From positions 1,302,001-1,366,000 of the forward strand of contig JBHGNT010000004.1 of NCBI GenBank assembly GCA_043228905.1: a DNA stretch of 64,000 bases, in the 5' to 3' direction. Below the pieces are notes generated by a model. The model searched no databases and was not told the origin of the DNA. It worked only from the letters and a program-made list of their open reading frames with translations. Of the stretch, positions 35,159-47,770 are shown in pieces. The first letter of the stretch is position 1, and each line of letters begins with the position of its first letter. The stretch is from Azolla caroliniana (taxonomy: Eukaryota > Plantae > Polypodiophyta). The translations under genes were made by a program, and so were the position numbers.

Positions 35159-35886
35159 TGTTGGGATTTCGGTCCCTCCGGATGGGATGTCCGGAGATGA
35201 ATGACGGCAAGCCCGGTTGCGGTTACGGAGCCGGATGATGAAGACCCCGGTTACGGAGCCGGATGATGAAGACCCCGGCTACGGAGCCGGATGATGAAGA
35301 CCCCGGCTACGGAGCCGGATGATGAAGACCCCGGTTACGGAGCCGGATGATGAAGACCCCGGCTACGGAGCCGGATGATGAAGACCCCGGTTACGGAGCC
35401 GGATGACGAATGTACCCGGAGAGAGATCCGGATGCGGAGACATATTTGTGAATATGTTTGCCAAGAGCCCTTGAGGCTATATTTGTAAATAGCCCGAAAG
35501 TCATATGTGTATAAATATGACTTAGGGCAAACAGTTAAGTCTGTTGTTGCTCATTTTTCTGTTTTCCACTAAGAGGGAGCGAAGTGAGAGCAGCCGAGAG
35601 TGAGTGAGAGAGAAGGAGGAAGGAAGAGGTCGACGCCTCTGCGTAATACCGCCGCCTGTGGCGAGAACAGCGAGCTCAAGGTCGTCGCCTTGCAGCTCGC
35701 CATTGTACATTTCCGCGTATAGTGATAGTTGGAGTATTGCACTCCCGTGGTTTTTCCCATTTAGGGTTTTCCACGTAAAACATCCAGTGTGCCCTTCTCT
35801 CTATTGTTTTTCGTGCATTGTTGTATTTCCCGTTTTCTGTGAATCGATCCTGTTCCTCGGTTGTGGCCGAGCACGGAATTACGACA
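35159..35886 (+). repeat. Element B 3' LTR (728 bp) with 6+ x 28-bp U3 repeat (35221-35410)
   Basis: Unit GG(T/C)TACGGAGCCGGATGATGAAGACCCC, six full copies plus a partial. Confidence 0.95.
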
Positions 35887-37260
35887 TGTGTAGTCTGCGC
35901 TTTACTCCGGGTAGTGACGGTTTGAACATCGGCCATGATACTATTCACCGCGGGTGCCTTGCCACGGTCGGTTGTTGGGCATTGCGTGACATAGTGGCCT
36001 GGTTGGTTACATTTAAAACACGTAACGTTGGCCGAGTTGCTGGTGTCCGCTCGGTCTGTGTGTGGAAGCTGTTGCGGTTGATTCCCAGTCTCGTTTGGTG
36101 GTGGGTTTGTCCGAGGTGCGTTGGAGTTGCGCTGGTCATTTTGAGGAGCGTCCCGTCAGCGGTTGTCGTTATGACTTCTATTGTTGCGTGAGTTGCGGTT
36201 GCCATTTCGCCGATCATTGCGTGAGTTCCGTCGGTCATACCGGTCATCACGATCGTCATCATATCGATCATAATCGTCGTCCCGATCATCGCGATAGCGA
36301 TCGCGCCGGTCATCACGCCGGTAGTCGTCGTCTCGGTGCCGTCGATCCGGGGATCACGGTCGATCGTTATCCTGGTCTCGGTAGGCATATCGCTTGTCCT
36401 GCCGAGAGTATGTATTTCTTGGCTCGATCTGGCGGACCGGTGCCGCCGTTGTGCGGTTCAGCATATTATATTCCCACTGCTCGACAATGTGAGCTCAAGA
36501 TTGATAGATCGGACACTGTGGTCGGTGGGGACATTCGAGGGCCAGGTGCCCTAATCCTGAACACGCCGTGCATTGGAGAGCTTGGCAAAAGCGATTGTCC
36601 TCTTGGGGAAGAGCGTTTTGTAAGGATGTCATCGAGAAGGCCGCGTCGTGCTGGGTCCGATTGAGGGCGAGAACCTGCGCTATGACTTGTTCGATAGTAT
36701 GGTTGGCAAAATTTGTAAGTGTGAGAGTCGTTCGGAGAGGCTCTCGTAAACTGGACAGGAAAGTGTCTAGTATATGTTGTGCCGAGACATCATCGGCCAC
36801 TTGTCTGTAGAGATCTTGGAACCGGATCGTGAACTGCGCGACCGTTTCGTGCGGTTCTTGGCATATAGAGAAGAATTGCCGGAGCAGTTCCCGTTTGGGC
36901 ACCTCGCGATGAAAAAGTTCAAGGAACTTTGTGCGCACGATTTGGAAAGTGGTGGCCTCTCCTATTTCGAGGCGAGAGTACCATCATGCGGCTGGTCCAT
37001 CGAGGGAGAGTGTGAACTCGGCAATCTTTGAGGCATCGATTTCGGCCGGCGTGAGGCGGTGCGTTGAGTGGTTGGCCTGCCACGTGGATATGAAGGCACA
37101 GATGTGTGACTCCGCGTCTGGTCCGTCAGTGTATCGTGGGTATGGGTACGATATGATATCGTACTCTGGGTCTTCTGGTAGCACCGGGAAAGGGTTTAGT
37201 TCCAGTTGATTGACCTCCGAGGGCTTGGCGGGGGCTTTGGTGGTGAATCAATTCACGATT
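35887..37260 (-). pseudogene. Element A gag (retrotransposon gag domain, zinc knuckles), disrupted
   Basis: YPYPRYTDGPDAESHICAFISTW...QEPHETVAQFTIRF; knuckles CTACSGLGHLALEC and CFKCNQPGHYVTQC. Confidence 0.85.
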
Positions 37261-37458
37261 GAGTGTCCGGTGGCAAGGATTGCACTGGGGAAGCCTTCGA
37301 TTGCTCGGGAAAGGATTGGTCAGTGACCGCCGAGTCGGAAGTTCCTTCGAATGGCTCAGGGCGTTGGGCAGGTGGCCGAGACCTCGTGGTGCGAGGGGGC
37401 GTCGTAATGGCGGTTGGTGGTTACCTTCAACGAAATTCGCTGTGCACTCACAGCTGTA

Positions 37459-37471
37459 ACCGCGCGTGCCA
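37459..37471 (-). other. Element A PBS (tRNA-Arg-like)
   Basis: TGGCACGCGCGGT follows the 5' LTR after a CAATT spacer on the - strand, upstream of gag. Confidence 0.65.
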
Positions 37472-37476
37472 AATTG

Positions 37477-37961
37477 TGTTACCCGTTCCTTTGGGTGAAC
37501 ACCTTCGATAGACCTGCGGCTATCGGTACCCAAGGGCGTGGTACGTGAAGGCTCGTAAACAGAGGCTTCGTGAGGGAGAAAATAATCAGAGATAAAACAC
37601 TAGCGAGATCTTGATAGGCGTGGACGGCGTTGAAATCATAAGTACGAGAAAAAGCACAGACACATGGAGCAAGATGGGCACAAATCAAATATATATTACT
37701 GCAACACCCAAAGGATTACAGAACACGGCCTACGACTGGTGACCTTACAGGATTATCTAGTTACGATGGAATATGCTAGTGCTTCCGCCTATATTTTCTA
37801 CTCCTCCCTTGAGGTACTAGACCTCATTTAAATAACGTTTCCCTAATACACAGTCGAGCTCATGATACTCGGACTCGGCGTTCGCTGGCGTTCTTACCTA
37901 CTTGGTTACACTACCGCCGTTCGCTAATTTCCTAATTTACATTTATGTCCTCTGGACAACA
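37477..37961 (-). repeat. Element A 5' LTR (right)
   Basis: Direct repeat of 21342-21826, adjacent to the gag start on the - strand. Confidence 0.92.
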
Positions 37962-39499
37962 TTCCTTGTTGATTTCATCACAACTCATCTTTTTCCTTCC
38001 TCACCATAATGAGGTTCGAACCTTTCAGCATATTATTTTAATGGCTAGTTTGTTTTATTTGAACTACATTGTCTCACTGAGTTAATTTTCATTTTGATTG
38101 CTTTTTCTACCATGTATTTAGACACTTTTCTCCCTTTGCACATGCCACATCAAGTTTCAAGATGTAGTGATCTATGTGGGTGAAGTGAAGTAAGTTGTTT
38201 GGTGGGAGAGGGACTTTTGAAAGCCTAGTTGTGATAATGAGGCATTGGAGGTGTCACCAATGAGCCATCTATGCATCATTTGGCGTGAGTGAAGAGGTGG
38301 TGGTTCCTATTTTAAATTTGAATATGGAGGTGAGGTTTTGGAAGGCTAACCATTTGCACCCTTTTGTATTTGGAGCTGTGTGAAAGTTGGAGTAGGCCAA
38401 ATTCAAGGAAGAGGGAAGAAGATTTGGTCAATGTAGATGGCAAGCGTGTGTAGATGTCCCCACTTTGTCCTTCGCTTTCTCCTCAAAGAAAGGTGACCAA
38501 GTGAAACATCAACCACAAAAGGGCCACTTACATAGTCTCGGGCAAAGGGCTCAACATCAACCATTGCGACTTCCTCACCCCAAACTTTATCCGAGACCAA
38601 CCCAAGCCAATTCCAACCGCAAATATACTACTTGCAGTCTCGAGTGGAGGAATCAACATCAACCACGACAACCCAATCGCATCCCCATCCCAATTGTATG
38701 AAATGTCATTGTGGGTACCTTGGGCACTACAATCTCAACAATAGTTTGGCCACAATATGAGAACCTAGGCCAAATGTGAAGAGAAATTGGAGTTGTTGTG
38801 GAGATAGTTGACTATCAATATGGTTGTTGATGCCAAATGTTGATAATTAAGTGCCATGCCCTCTCCTCTGGCATGAGAAGCCAATCGTCTCTTAGAGGAA
38901 ATTGGCTAGGCTGAGCTCGGAGCCAAGGAGCATCGACTCTAAGAGACAACAAACAACTTGGTTAGGGGGGAAGACGAGTTGGATGGCACACACCTTATAT
39001 GAGTAGGAGGTAGTACAAGGTCAGTTGAGACTTATTATTGCACACTGTCACGTAGAACCATGGGTGGAAACCTTGGAATCCCAACTAGAGCACATGTCTT
39101 AGACATGGTTGAATCTTATGCAAACTAGAGTATGAAATAACTTTGACCAACACTAAGAAGTTATGGGTGCAACCCCACTAGAAGTGTAGGAATTGAATCC
39201 GAGTGTCCAGCCACTACATCGGAAGGCTACCATAAAATACAAATTGTGAAATACCCATGCAAGACTAATGACATCATCCACTCAGATGATGGCTCCCGAA
39301 GAGAGCTAGTAGAACCTACCTCGTCGTTGGAACCACATCAAAACTCAACAAAAACTATGGTGTGACACTAGCATAATCACAAACAACATATTCATTCTAG
39401 TAGGAACTAGTGACAAACAACACTCATATGGTTTCTACTATGAGGTATCTTTCTTAGCACTAATGTGGGACAATGAGCATGCCTTGTGCATGTCACGGT

Positions 39500-41150
39500 G
39501 ATGATAGGAGGGTACACAATACAAGTGCAAAAGATTTTAAGGCGAGGGATAGGTTATGATGGTGAAATTTGACGATGTTACCCTTTCTCCTCTTGGTCCT
39601 CAATCCCCATTATGTTGTCACCTTAGACATTGATAGGCTATTCTATGGCCTTCTCATTTATTGCTCGTGATCATCATATGCATTGTTTGTGTGAGTGCGA
39701 GAGACACTAAACATGTATTAAATGCCTCCATGGGGAATATAGTCATCAATGAAACCACAATATAACAAGAAGACTCGAAGATGTCTACTATGGTTCCTCT
39801 TTTCTACATCACATTGACCACATGGCTCATGCATCTTAATCACTTCCTAATCCTACTAGATAAATTAGCCCAAGGAAGATTGTTGTAATGATACCAAATA
39901 TAAGCTCAATGTTGCTATGCTAGTGACCAATGAGGAACTCTTGGTCAAGGATGCAAAAATTAATATATTGAAGCACTATTAAGGTATATGGGGATAGGAG
40001 ACATAATAGGATGAAAGAATGCTTTCATGGTACAAAATAGCTATGTCTAGTACATGGTGATATATTGTTACTCAAAAGTTATGTTCGACAATCCACTCTA
40101 TATGATCAACTTTAACAAAGTTGAACCAAAAATATGTCAAGGTGATTATATCTATTATAGATTCCAGACCAAAAGGGTCATGGTAGAGGTAAATAGTACA
40201 GAAAGCATGTGTCCATCGCACACAACTTTTTCCAAAAGTAATAAGATAATATCTTTATGTTTTTTTGCAAAAGAAATCGAATAATGATATTCTTGAGTTA
40301 TTTATACACTACATGATTGTGACTATGTAAATCTATGATAACATTTAGAAACCACCAAGCATTAAAGCGAAAAGAGTTGCCATTAACTTGTGCCATTTCA
40401 AAGAACTCTCTAAGTATCTGGATATATCTCATTGTGTGCGATTAACGTGCACTTAAATAGAGGAAATGAAATCATCATGATTGTGGTCAATAGACTTCCA
40501 AAAATGGTAAACCTTGTTAAATTCTTTATTAAGAAACCAAATTTGGTTCAAAATTTTGGTAACAACTACATATATTGTATGTATTACCAACAAAATTCTC
40601 AATGATGATGATACCAAACTTTCTAGTTGATGGTTTTCTAGATATTGGAAACCTAGTTTTGCACATTCTCATTATAGATGAAATGTAGAAATCAAAGCTA
40701 TGAAATATATATGTTATGAGCTATGTATCATATCTTCTAGACGGAGTAGGGATGTGCCATGAAGTGTCGAAAAGGGTATAAAACAATTTGCACTAGAAAA
40801 GGTGCAAAATTAATCGTGTAGATTTTGTGAACTACTCCATATCATCATAATTATATTTGATGCATCTTAAAACTTATAGTTACTCACCTTAAAGAACTTG
40901 GGAGTGATGATGTAAATGTCCCCTTAGAAGAAATTTCGAGTTTAGAAGGTACAACTTGTCATATTCTAACTTCAATGGAATTAGTTATTCATCAAAGGGA
41001 AAAGACATTCTAACATTGTATTTGAAATGCATTTCATCCTCAACTGTCAGCCGGCTCTAGGGGACATATGTTGTATCTAGGGGGCATCTAACTTTATTGT
41101 CAAGTAGAGCTTAGGACATCAATCAACATGGGGGGACGTATGTTATGCTT
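39500..41150 (+). mobile_element. Highly degraded Ty3/gypsy pol remnant
   Basis: ~40460-40520 translates RGNEIIMIVVNRLPKMVNLV (cf. integrase G-D-I-VVVDR-SKMAHF). A G-rich PPT-like GGGGGGACGTA precedes TGTTA at ~41130-41145. Boundaries are approximate. Confidence 0.4.
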
Positions 41151-44100
41151 GCATGCTTCTAGATGGGCACCCAACATTTTATGAGGACATATGTGATGTT
41201 GAAAATGTTTATGTATATATAGAATGCACTACATATACATTCAAAAAGTATATGCTTTATTATTTAGATTTTTCATGGTTGTTTTTTCAAGGTTTGTGTT
41301 TCAAAAAGTTAATGGAAATGATTAATGTACTTCAAGTAGAAGGAACAAATTAGGCGATTTGCAAAAGAACCTCCAACTCAAAACCTTGTCTTGAACTAGT
41401 CAAGTTAGTCCACAAACAGCAATTGCAAGTTACATTGGGTTGTTCAAGTGGTTAGGAAAGGTCTCCATCATTGTTTATTTTTAGAAGTAGCATTGCCAAG
41501 ATACATATTCATTAAAATGGTAAACCAATTCCCAAGCACCATGTCATTGAGTAATGATTGTAGGATAAAGTTCCAATCCAATAAGTCATATACTATGCAA
41601 AATAAAATTTGAAAGACACTATCCTTATTGATTTTGGACACAGATTCTTGGCCTTCCCACAATATTATTATCACATCTAATAAGTATGTTCCTTTTATAA
41701 AACCCTTATTCTTCTCTTATCCACTCTTTCATATGGCCATTGAGTTTATTTGCTAAGTTTCACAAACATATATAGGCAAATATTTGAACATAGTTAGATG
41801 CCTCCAAATTTGTAGTTTATCTTTCTTATCTCCATGTTATGTGACCATTACCACGTCCCCATTGATGTACAATGTTAACATCATCATCAAGTTTTACTTT
41901 GTAGAAAGATTGAATAGATGTTTCATAATAATTTTAGTTTGTATTGTAATACTTTCAAGCGATTTTATAATATTTTTCACTATCCACAAATGAAAAGTAA
42001 ATTGTAACAACTAGGTCACATGGGCAAAGTCAAATAAATTCCAAGAAAATTTATCCAATAAATAAATTGACTTCAACATGAAAATCAATTTTAAGAAGCT
42101 AATATACTTATAGGGAGAAATTTCACCTTTAAGCAGTTGTAGGAGCCAATCTTGCGAAGGTAAAATCTTAACCCGTAAGTCTCATTTGAAAGTGAATTGA
42201 TGCAATGAAATGATCCTCGTTATGTGGACATTAGAAAACGTAGGAGATAATGGCCAAATCTCTAGTTCTAAACTTCATTCGAACGTGACATGACACAATT
42301 AAATGGTACTCATTACGCAAACCACATATTCATGTGCCAATATGGGTGTTGATAAATTGTAGAAAATCTACCCTACACTATTGATGTAACTTATTGGGCT
42401 TCCACAAAGTCACTCTAGAAATAAAATAATGTTGTAAATTTTGTAGATGTTTAGTATATATGCAACTTTTTCTCATAGCTCGATCGTGATTTGTAGTTGT
42501 GTAAGTGTTAACCGAATTGTTTAGTTGTCACTGCTAGGCATCTATCATCGCCACTGCTACACAAGCATCTATCATCACCACACCACCAATTTCAGCCTAT
42601 GAAAAGTGGGAAATGGGAATATCTCACGTAACATTGTTAGAAAATGGGAATATAGTTATCCTCAAAGCGAGTGAGAAGTCATAAACACATGAAGTTGTAA
42701 AGCCTATAGGATATGATTTCAACCAAAGTATCCATACATCATCTTACGTCTTCAATTTTTAGATAGATGTCTAGCGAAATGGTCCAGTTCATTGCTATTT
42801 GGGAACCCTCAAAGAGCTTATAATTCTTCTTTGTCTCTGTTCCTCAACTAAACCTCATCTAATACATTGTTGGAACAAAAATGAGATATCACTACTCACT
42901 CGTAAATATATGGAAAACTATTCTTACAAAGCAAGGAACAATACTCTGACAATTTTCTATAATCAAAGAAGAGAGGAGACCAACACAAGTACCCATAAAC
43001 GTTAATTGTTGTGAAGTTGTTTGGAGATAACTTTTAGGTTATGTTGCATACACATACCAAATGCTTGTGTTTCTTGAGCATAAAGAATGGTAGCTTCTAA
43101 GTTTGCTTGCATGGAGTTAGAATTTTGAAGAACTTGGCCTTGTTGGGTTTAAGAATCTCTTCACATGTGATATGTGATATTTCTAATGAGGTCTAACTAA
43201 GAAAATCTTTGATCACGGAATTCATATCTATGTGTCCAAGGGTTTTACACATAGTGAATGCAGAAGCAAGGTTATTACAAATCAATTTTTACTGAACACA
43301 ATATGTTTCCTTTGCCTCGATCGATAAGGAAAACATTTCGTGAATCGGGTGCAATATCTACCTTGAAAGTTAGAGCTTTTATTCATGAACTAGAAAGGGC
43401 TTTTCGCCAATACTTTATCTAGTGAAGAATATATAAGTTTAGGAGTGTGGTTGAGTAATTGGGAAGTTACAAATTCAACTTATACTAGGCGCTTGATAGG
43501 CTTAATTTCTATGGGATCAAAACTTAGGGCTTGGGTGGGTGGGTGGGTTGGGGAGGGGGTTGAGGGGGACTTTTAATAATCATTGAGTCGCAAAGGCACA
43601 TTATACAACCATCTAGATGACTAAAGGGGAACTTTTAAGTTGTTTAGCAATTTTTGGATATGATTTGAGATAAAACTTCGTCATGATTCATTCCTAGTGT
43701 ATTTGTAATGGAGAACTTAAGCCATGACAAATCCAACTAATCCCATGGGCTAGCATGACACAATATTAGTTGTGAGGGGTGGATGTTCTTTAATGCCACA
43801 ACTTGAGCATACAACTGTTTTCACTCTCCATTGATATTGTCAACAAGAATCCAAAACTTGGAATGATAGATTGTTTGACAATGGTTCATGAGTGAGGACA
43901 TTTGAAAGTAAGGTTGCATGCCTTAATGTGTTGTATCCACATTGGTCTATATACCAATATTATCTTGTGATAAGATGCGCATAATCATGCATCACATGGA
44001 TATCCAACACAAAGTTCCATATCCTAGGTCTAACACTTCATTATGCTAGAGTTCAAATCTTTACAAATTCATAACCGCAACTTTTCTCCCTTTATGTGCC

Positions 44101-46626
44101 GTGATAGACTTGCTATGGCTTCTGCTTCAATTGACTAAAATTTGAAAAATATCTTTCACATGGATATCGAATGTTTAGTGATGACATATGAAGAACTATC
44201 ATTGCCGAGACATGATTGCACACTCTCACAATTTTCCTTAATGCCCCTAACATCTACTACCATATCTACGTTTTCCATGTGCAATTACAAAATACTCAAA
44301 AATGTTTTTCTTATCCCGACAATCTAATGCCATATTTACGTTTTCCACGTGTCATGGTAGCTATTTTCAAAGTCTAATATTTCTATTTGTTACTATAGTG
44401 GGATGATTTGATCTTAACAGGGTTTTTCCTTTGGTAGATGTAACGTAGTGACAATACCATACCATCCACGTCAATGTGGACAACTCTTTATAGATGAATA
44501 CGTAATGTTAATTTTAAACTGCGCATCAAATAACACGATAAGTAGCACATTGAATTGTGAGGTGATATTTGATGTGAAGTTTAGTGCGTTGATATATACA
44601 TGATATTGTGGTTACACACTTCATTCCCTCTCTCTCTCTCTCTCTCTCTCTCTCCCCTCCTCTAGATACATTTTGATTCTCTTTGTAGATATTTTTTCGG
44701 CATCAAACCAACGTGTTAGTGTTTCCATCCTCTTGTTATGCATGAAATATAAAACCTATTCGAATAATATTCATTCGCTTATTATTTATAATACATATGA
44801 AGGATTAACTGCAAATGGTATATATATAAGAATTGATCAAATGAACACTTTTACTATGGAGTTCATATTGTGGCATATAATATAATGAATATAAGATTAG
44901 CCAAAGACTTCCCTTTGACACTTGTCCTAGATAATTTAATTGTATAACCAATCATATTCACATATTTGGTTACAATATACAACAAGCTACAAGGGGAAGA
45001 ATATTGTAGCTGCAAAGTATATTTTTAACATGAAATAGTTAAGAGCACTCACAAGAAACAAGGTGTCATTGAGATAGTTAGAATTTGAATAAAAAATGGA
45101 CTCCGTATCAATATACATCTAATATTATCATATGAAAGTGACACATGTTGAATGCATATTGTAACTTATGTGTAGTTTATGAAACAAGAGTAATCTTGCA
45201 ACGTCCATTCAAATGACTACTAATATGGTCAGACAATGGCAATCTAACACCTCCAATTACAAATTAGGCATAATGGTTTCCTACTTATTCATAATTGTAA
45301 GAGGGATCAAATAATTTTATCTAAAGGTGCCAAATTATCATAAACATAAATAATGAATAATGGTCGGGGTATTAATGACTATATTCGATGAAATATGTAG
45401 AGTCCCAACTTGGGATACATACACACAATTTATAAATTTAAAGGCATGGTCAAAGAAATTACATATGTATTAAACATAATGTTGTATAATAAGCTTTGTC
45501 AATGCATTTGTAAGAAACTCACATAATGTACACTTGCCACGTCGAGCAACCCTGTGAACTTACGAGGATTACCCTTGGAGGAAGAAAATTTTGGGAGATA
45601 AAATACCTTGAAAGGTAGGGAACAAATCACCTAGAGAACATAAAATGTTTGGAAAAACCTTATAATTTTGTAAAGAAGTTGTAGACCACGTGTTTTTAAG
45701 GTATTGGCATAGAGTGCACTAATGGCACATAGAGAGTGCCGAATTAGCAACAAGGGATTGCACAACCTTCATTTGGTAGGGCTATAATATGTTGTTAATC
45801 TACCTTTAAATCTGTATATTATCTCAATACCTTGCATAGATATCATGATTAGTTTGGGTTAGTCCAAGTCAAAGAGAGAACATAATGGTGTAGATCATGA
45901 TTGCCAACAAGCACTTCCCATTTGTCGAAAAATGCAATTCTTGAAGTTGAGCTCCCTGTGATCCTAGAGAGTTCATGTTTATAAATACCGGGTATGGAAC
46001 AAAAGAGAAGGCTAGGATTGGTTAATGGATTACCTTAGTTGAAGATGGAGATAAACACCCGATTAGCCGATTCAAAGTGATGAAGTAATTAGATTCATGA
46101 TGCTTAGAACAAGGACGGGCTCTAGCATAATCTTGGACACTTTGACCTGGTTTTAGTTGTAGTTGCTCACAATGGGGTCAAGGCATTTGGATGGAGGGTT
46201 TACATTCAACAAATATGTGGGACGTTTCGTCAAAGTTGGCATCAATAAATAATATATAAGAAGGTTCGAAACCATTGCAAGATGATGCATTTAGAGAAAA
46301 GATATCGAGGGAGTTAAGAACCATGTTTTGTTGATAGGAAAATTACTAGGTTGAGTAGAGTTACTAATGTATGTCAATGGAATCGATTGTTTTTTTTTTC
46401 TTGGGGTGGGGGGATTTCGGAACCTAGCTATGTTGATGGGAATTGGTTCATGCTTCGATAATTTCGACGGAAATCTGTGAGCAACGTAGCAATTGTACCA
46501 AGGGGGGTAAGCTTTATTTTGATGTGACATGGTTGGAGATTCAACTATGGGTAATTAGTCCAAGAGATCATGGCTACGAATGGATGCAAGGAATTCAAGA
46601 GTAGTAAATGTCAGAGCGACTCGATC

Positions 46627-47694
46627 TTAATTGTGCTGATGGAAGTTGTTGTTATTACCGGGGGAGTGTGGATTGAAGCTAGGGTTGTTCATGAGGTTGT
46701 TCATCATGAGGTGGTTGTGGTTGAAAGGGTTCATGCCAGGGCCAACTCCTTGTTGTGCATGTGCATGTGCATGTGCTTGTGCTTGTGCTTGTGTTTGTGT
46801 TTGTGAATTGGGTTGGTTGATGAAGTGTTGAAGGTTGAGAGGTTGGGAGGAGGTATGGAAGGCCCCAAGCCCAAGGGGGTGGAGTGAAGGAGGGTGGTCA
46901 CTAAAAGAGGGGACATTGGCACTAAAAGAATGGCCAGATGTAGTGATGGTGGTGGTGGTGTTGAGGGAGGGAGGCTGAATGTGTAAAGAGTGGTGGTGGT
47001 GGTGGTGGTGGTGGCTAGGGGTGCTACTAGGGGCATTGGGGCCGGGACCTGAGGCCGAGGCCGAGGCCAAGCCGGAGGCACCGGCCCCGGGTTTCTTCCG
47101 CTTCTTCTTCTCGTAGCCGATCCCGCGGGCTTTGGCCTGGGTCTCGCGGACCTCGCGGAGGTAGAGCCGGACGGCACGCGCCCCGAAGGGGTTGGCCTCG
47201 GGGGTGCCGCCGCCGAACTCCTCGTAGGCGGCGCGGAGGCGGCCGATGAGGGCGTCCAGGCTGCCCCAGGCCTGGCGGAGTGGGCAGGCGCAGGAGCCGG
47301 CGGGGTTTGGGTGGCCATAGAATGGGCAGCCCTGCGTGTGGACCTTCGTCTTTCCGAACTGGTCCAGGTAGCGCAGGAACTCCAGCACGTGCGCGCCGCT
47401 GCACCGCGGCAGCGACAGGGGCGGCCGGTGGTTCCGCAGGTACTGCCCGAACGTGTTCCAGTCTCGCCTCTTCTGCGACTCGTACCGGCTGCTGCTGCTG
47501 CTGCTGCTTCCACCGCCGCCGCTGCCGCCGGTCTTCCCCGTCGCCGCCGCCATCTCCTGCGCCGCCGCCGCCGCCAGGAATGCCTGCGTCCCAGCCGCCG
47601 AAAATTCTGACGCGTTCCCCGCCGCCCCAGATCCGCCGCCTTGGATTTGATAATTACTCCCCTGCCCTCCTCCTCCTCCTCTTCCCTCGCTCAT
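46627..47694 (-). CDS. LSH: ALOG-family (LSH/G1/TAW1-like) transcription factor, 355 aa, intronless
   Basis: Complete ALOG domain [25 protein letters not shown]...[18 protein letters not shown]...[23 protein letters not shown]...[25 protein letters not shown], followed by the [11 protein letters not shown]. Confidence 0.97.
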   Translation of the reverse strand: MSEGRGGGGGQGSNYQIQGGGSGAAGNASEFSAAGTQAFLAAAAAQEMAAATGKTGGSGGGGSSSSSSSRYESQKRRDWNTFGQYLRNHRPPLSLPRCSGAHVLEFLRYLDQFGKTKVHTQGCPFYGHPNPAGSCACPLRQAWGSLDALIGRLRAAYEEFGGGTPEANPFGARAVRLYLREVRETQAKARGIGYEKKKRKKPGAGASGLASASASGPGPNAPSSTPSHHHHHHHHSLHIQPPSLNTTTTITTSGHSFSANVPSFSDHPPSLHPLGLGAFHTSSQPLNLQHFINQPNSQTQTQAQAQAHAHAHAQQGVGPGMNPFNHNHLMMNNLMNNPSFNPHSPGNNNNFHQHN

Positions 47695-47770
47695 TTCCTC
47701 CTCCCCTTCTTCTTCCCCTCAGTAATTCTTCTTCTTCTTCTTCTTCTCCTCCTTCTTCTTCTCTGCAACC

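Larger units (their letters stand above)
30456..35886 (+). mobile_element. Element B: full-length, young Ty1/copia LTR retrotransposon (Tork/Tnt1-Tto1-like)
   Basis: LTRs 30456-31043 and 35159-35886 (TG...CA). TSD TGTGT at 30451-30455 and 35887-35891. PBS TGGTATCAGAGC at 31047-31058. PPT GAAGGGGGAG just before 35159. Confidence 0.97.
21342..37961 (-). mobile_element. Element A: outer Ty3/gypsy (non-chromovirus, Athila/Tat-like) LTR retrotransposon; pol deleted; hosts nested elements B, C and D
   Basis: Direct 485-bp TG...CA LTRs at 21342-21826 and 37477-37961. 5-bp TSD TTCCT at 21337-21341 and 37962-37966. gag and protease lie on the - strand. Confidence 0.93.

Noticed and set aside
35221-35410. 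CRISPR-like look of the 28-bp repeats
   Set aside because: The units are head-to-tail with no unique spacers, lie inside an LTR U3, and there are no cas genes; the context is eukaryotic.
43000-43500. Possible decayed LINE RT
   Set aside because: Only a vague impression; no diagnostic motif is recoverable.
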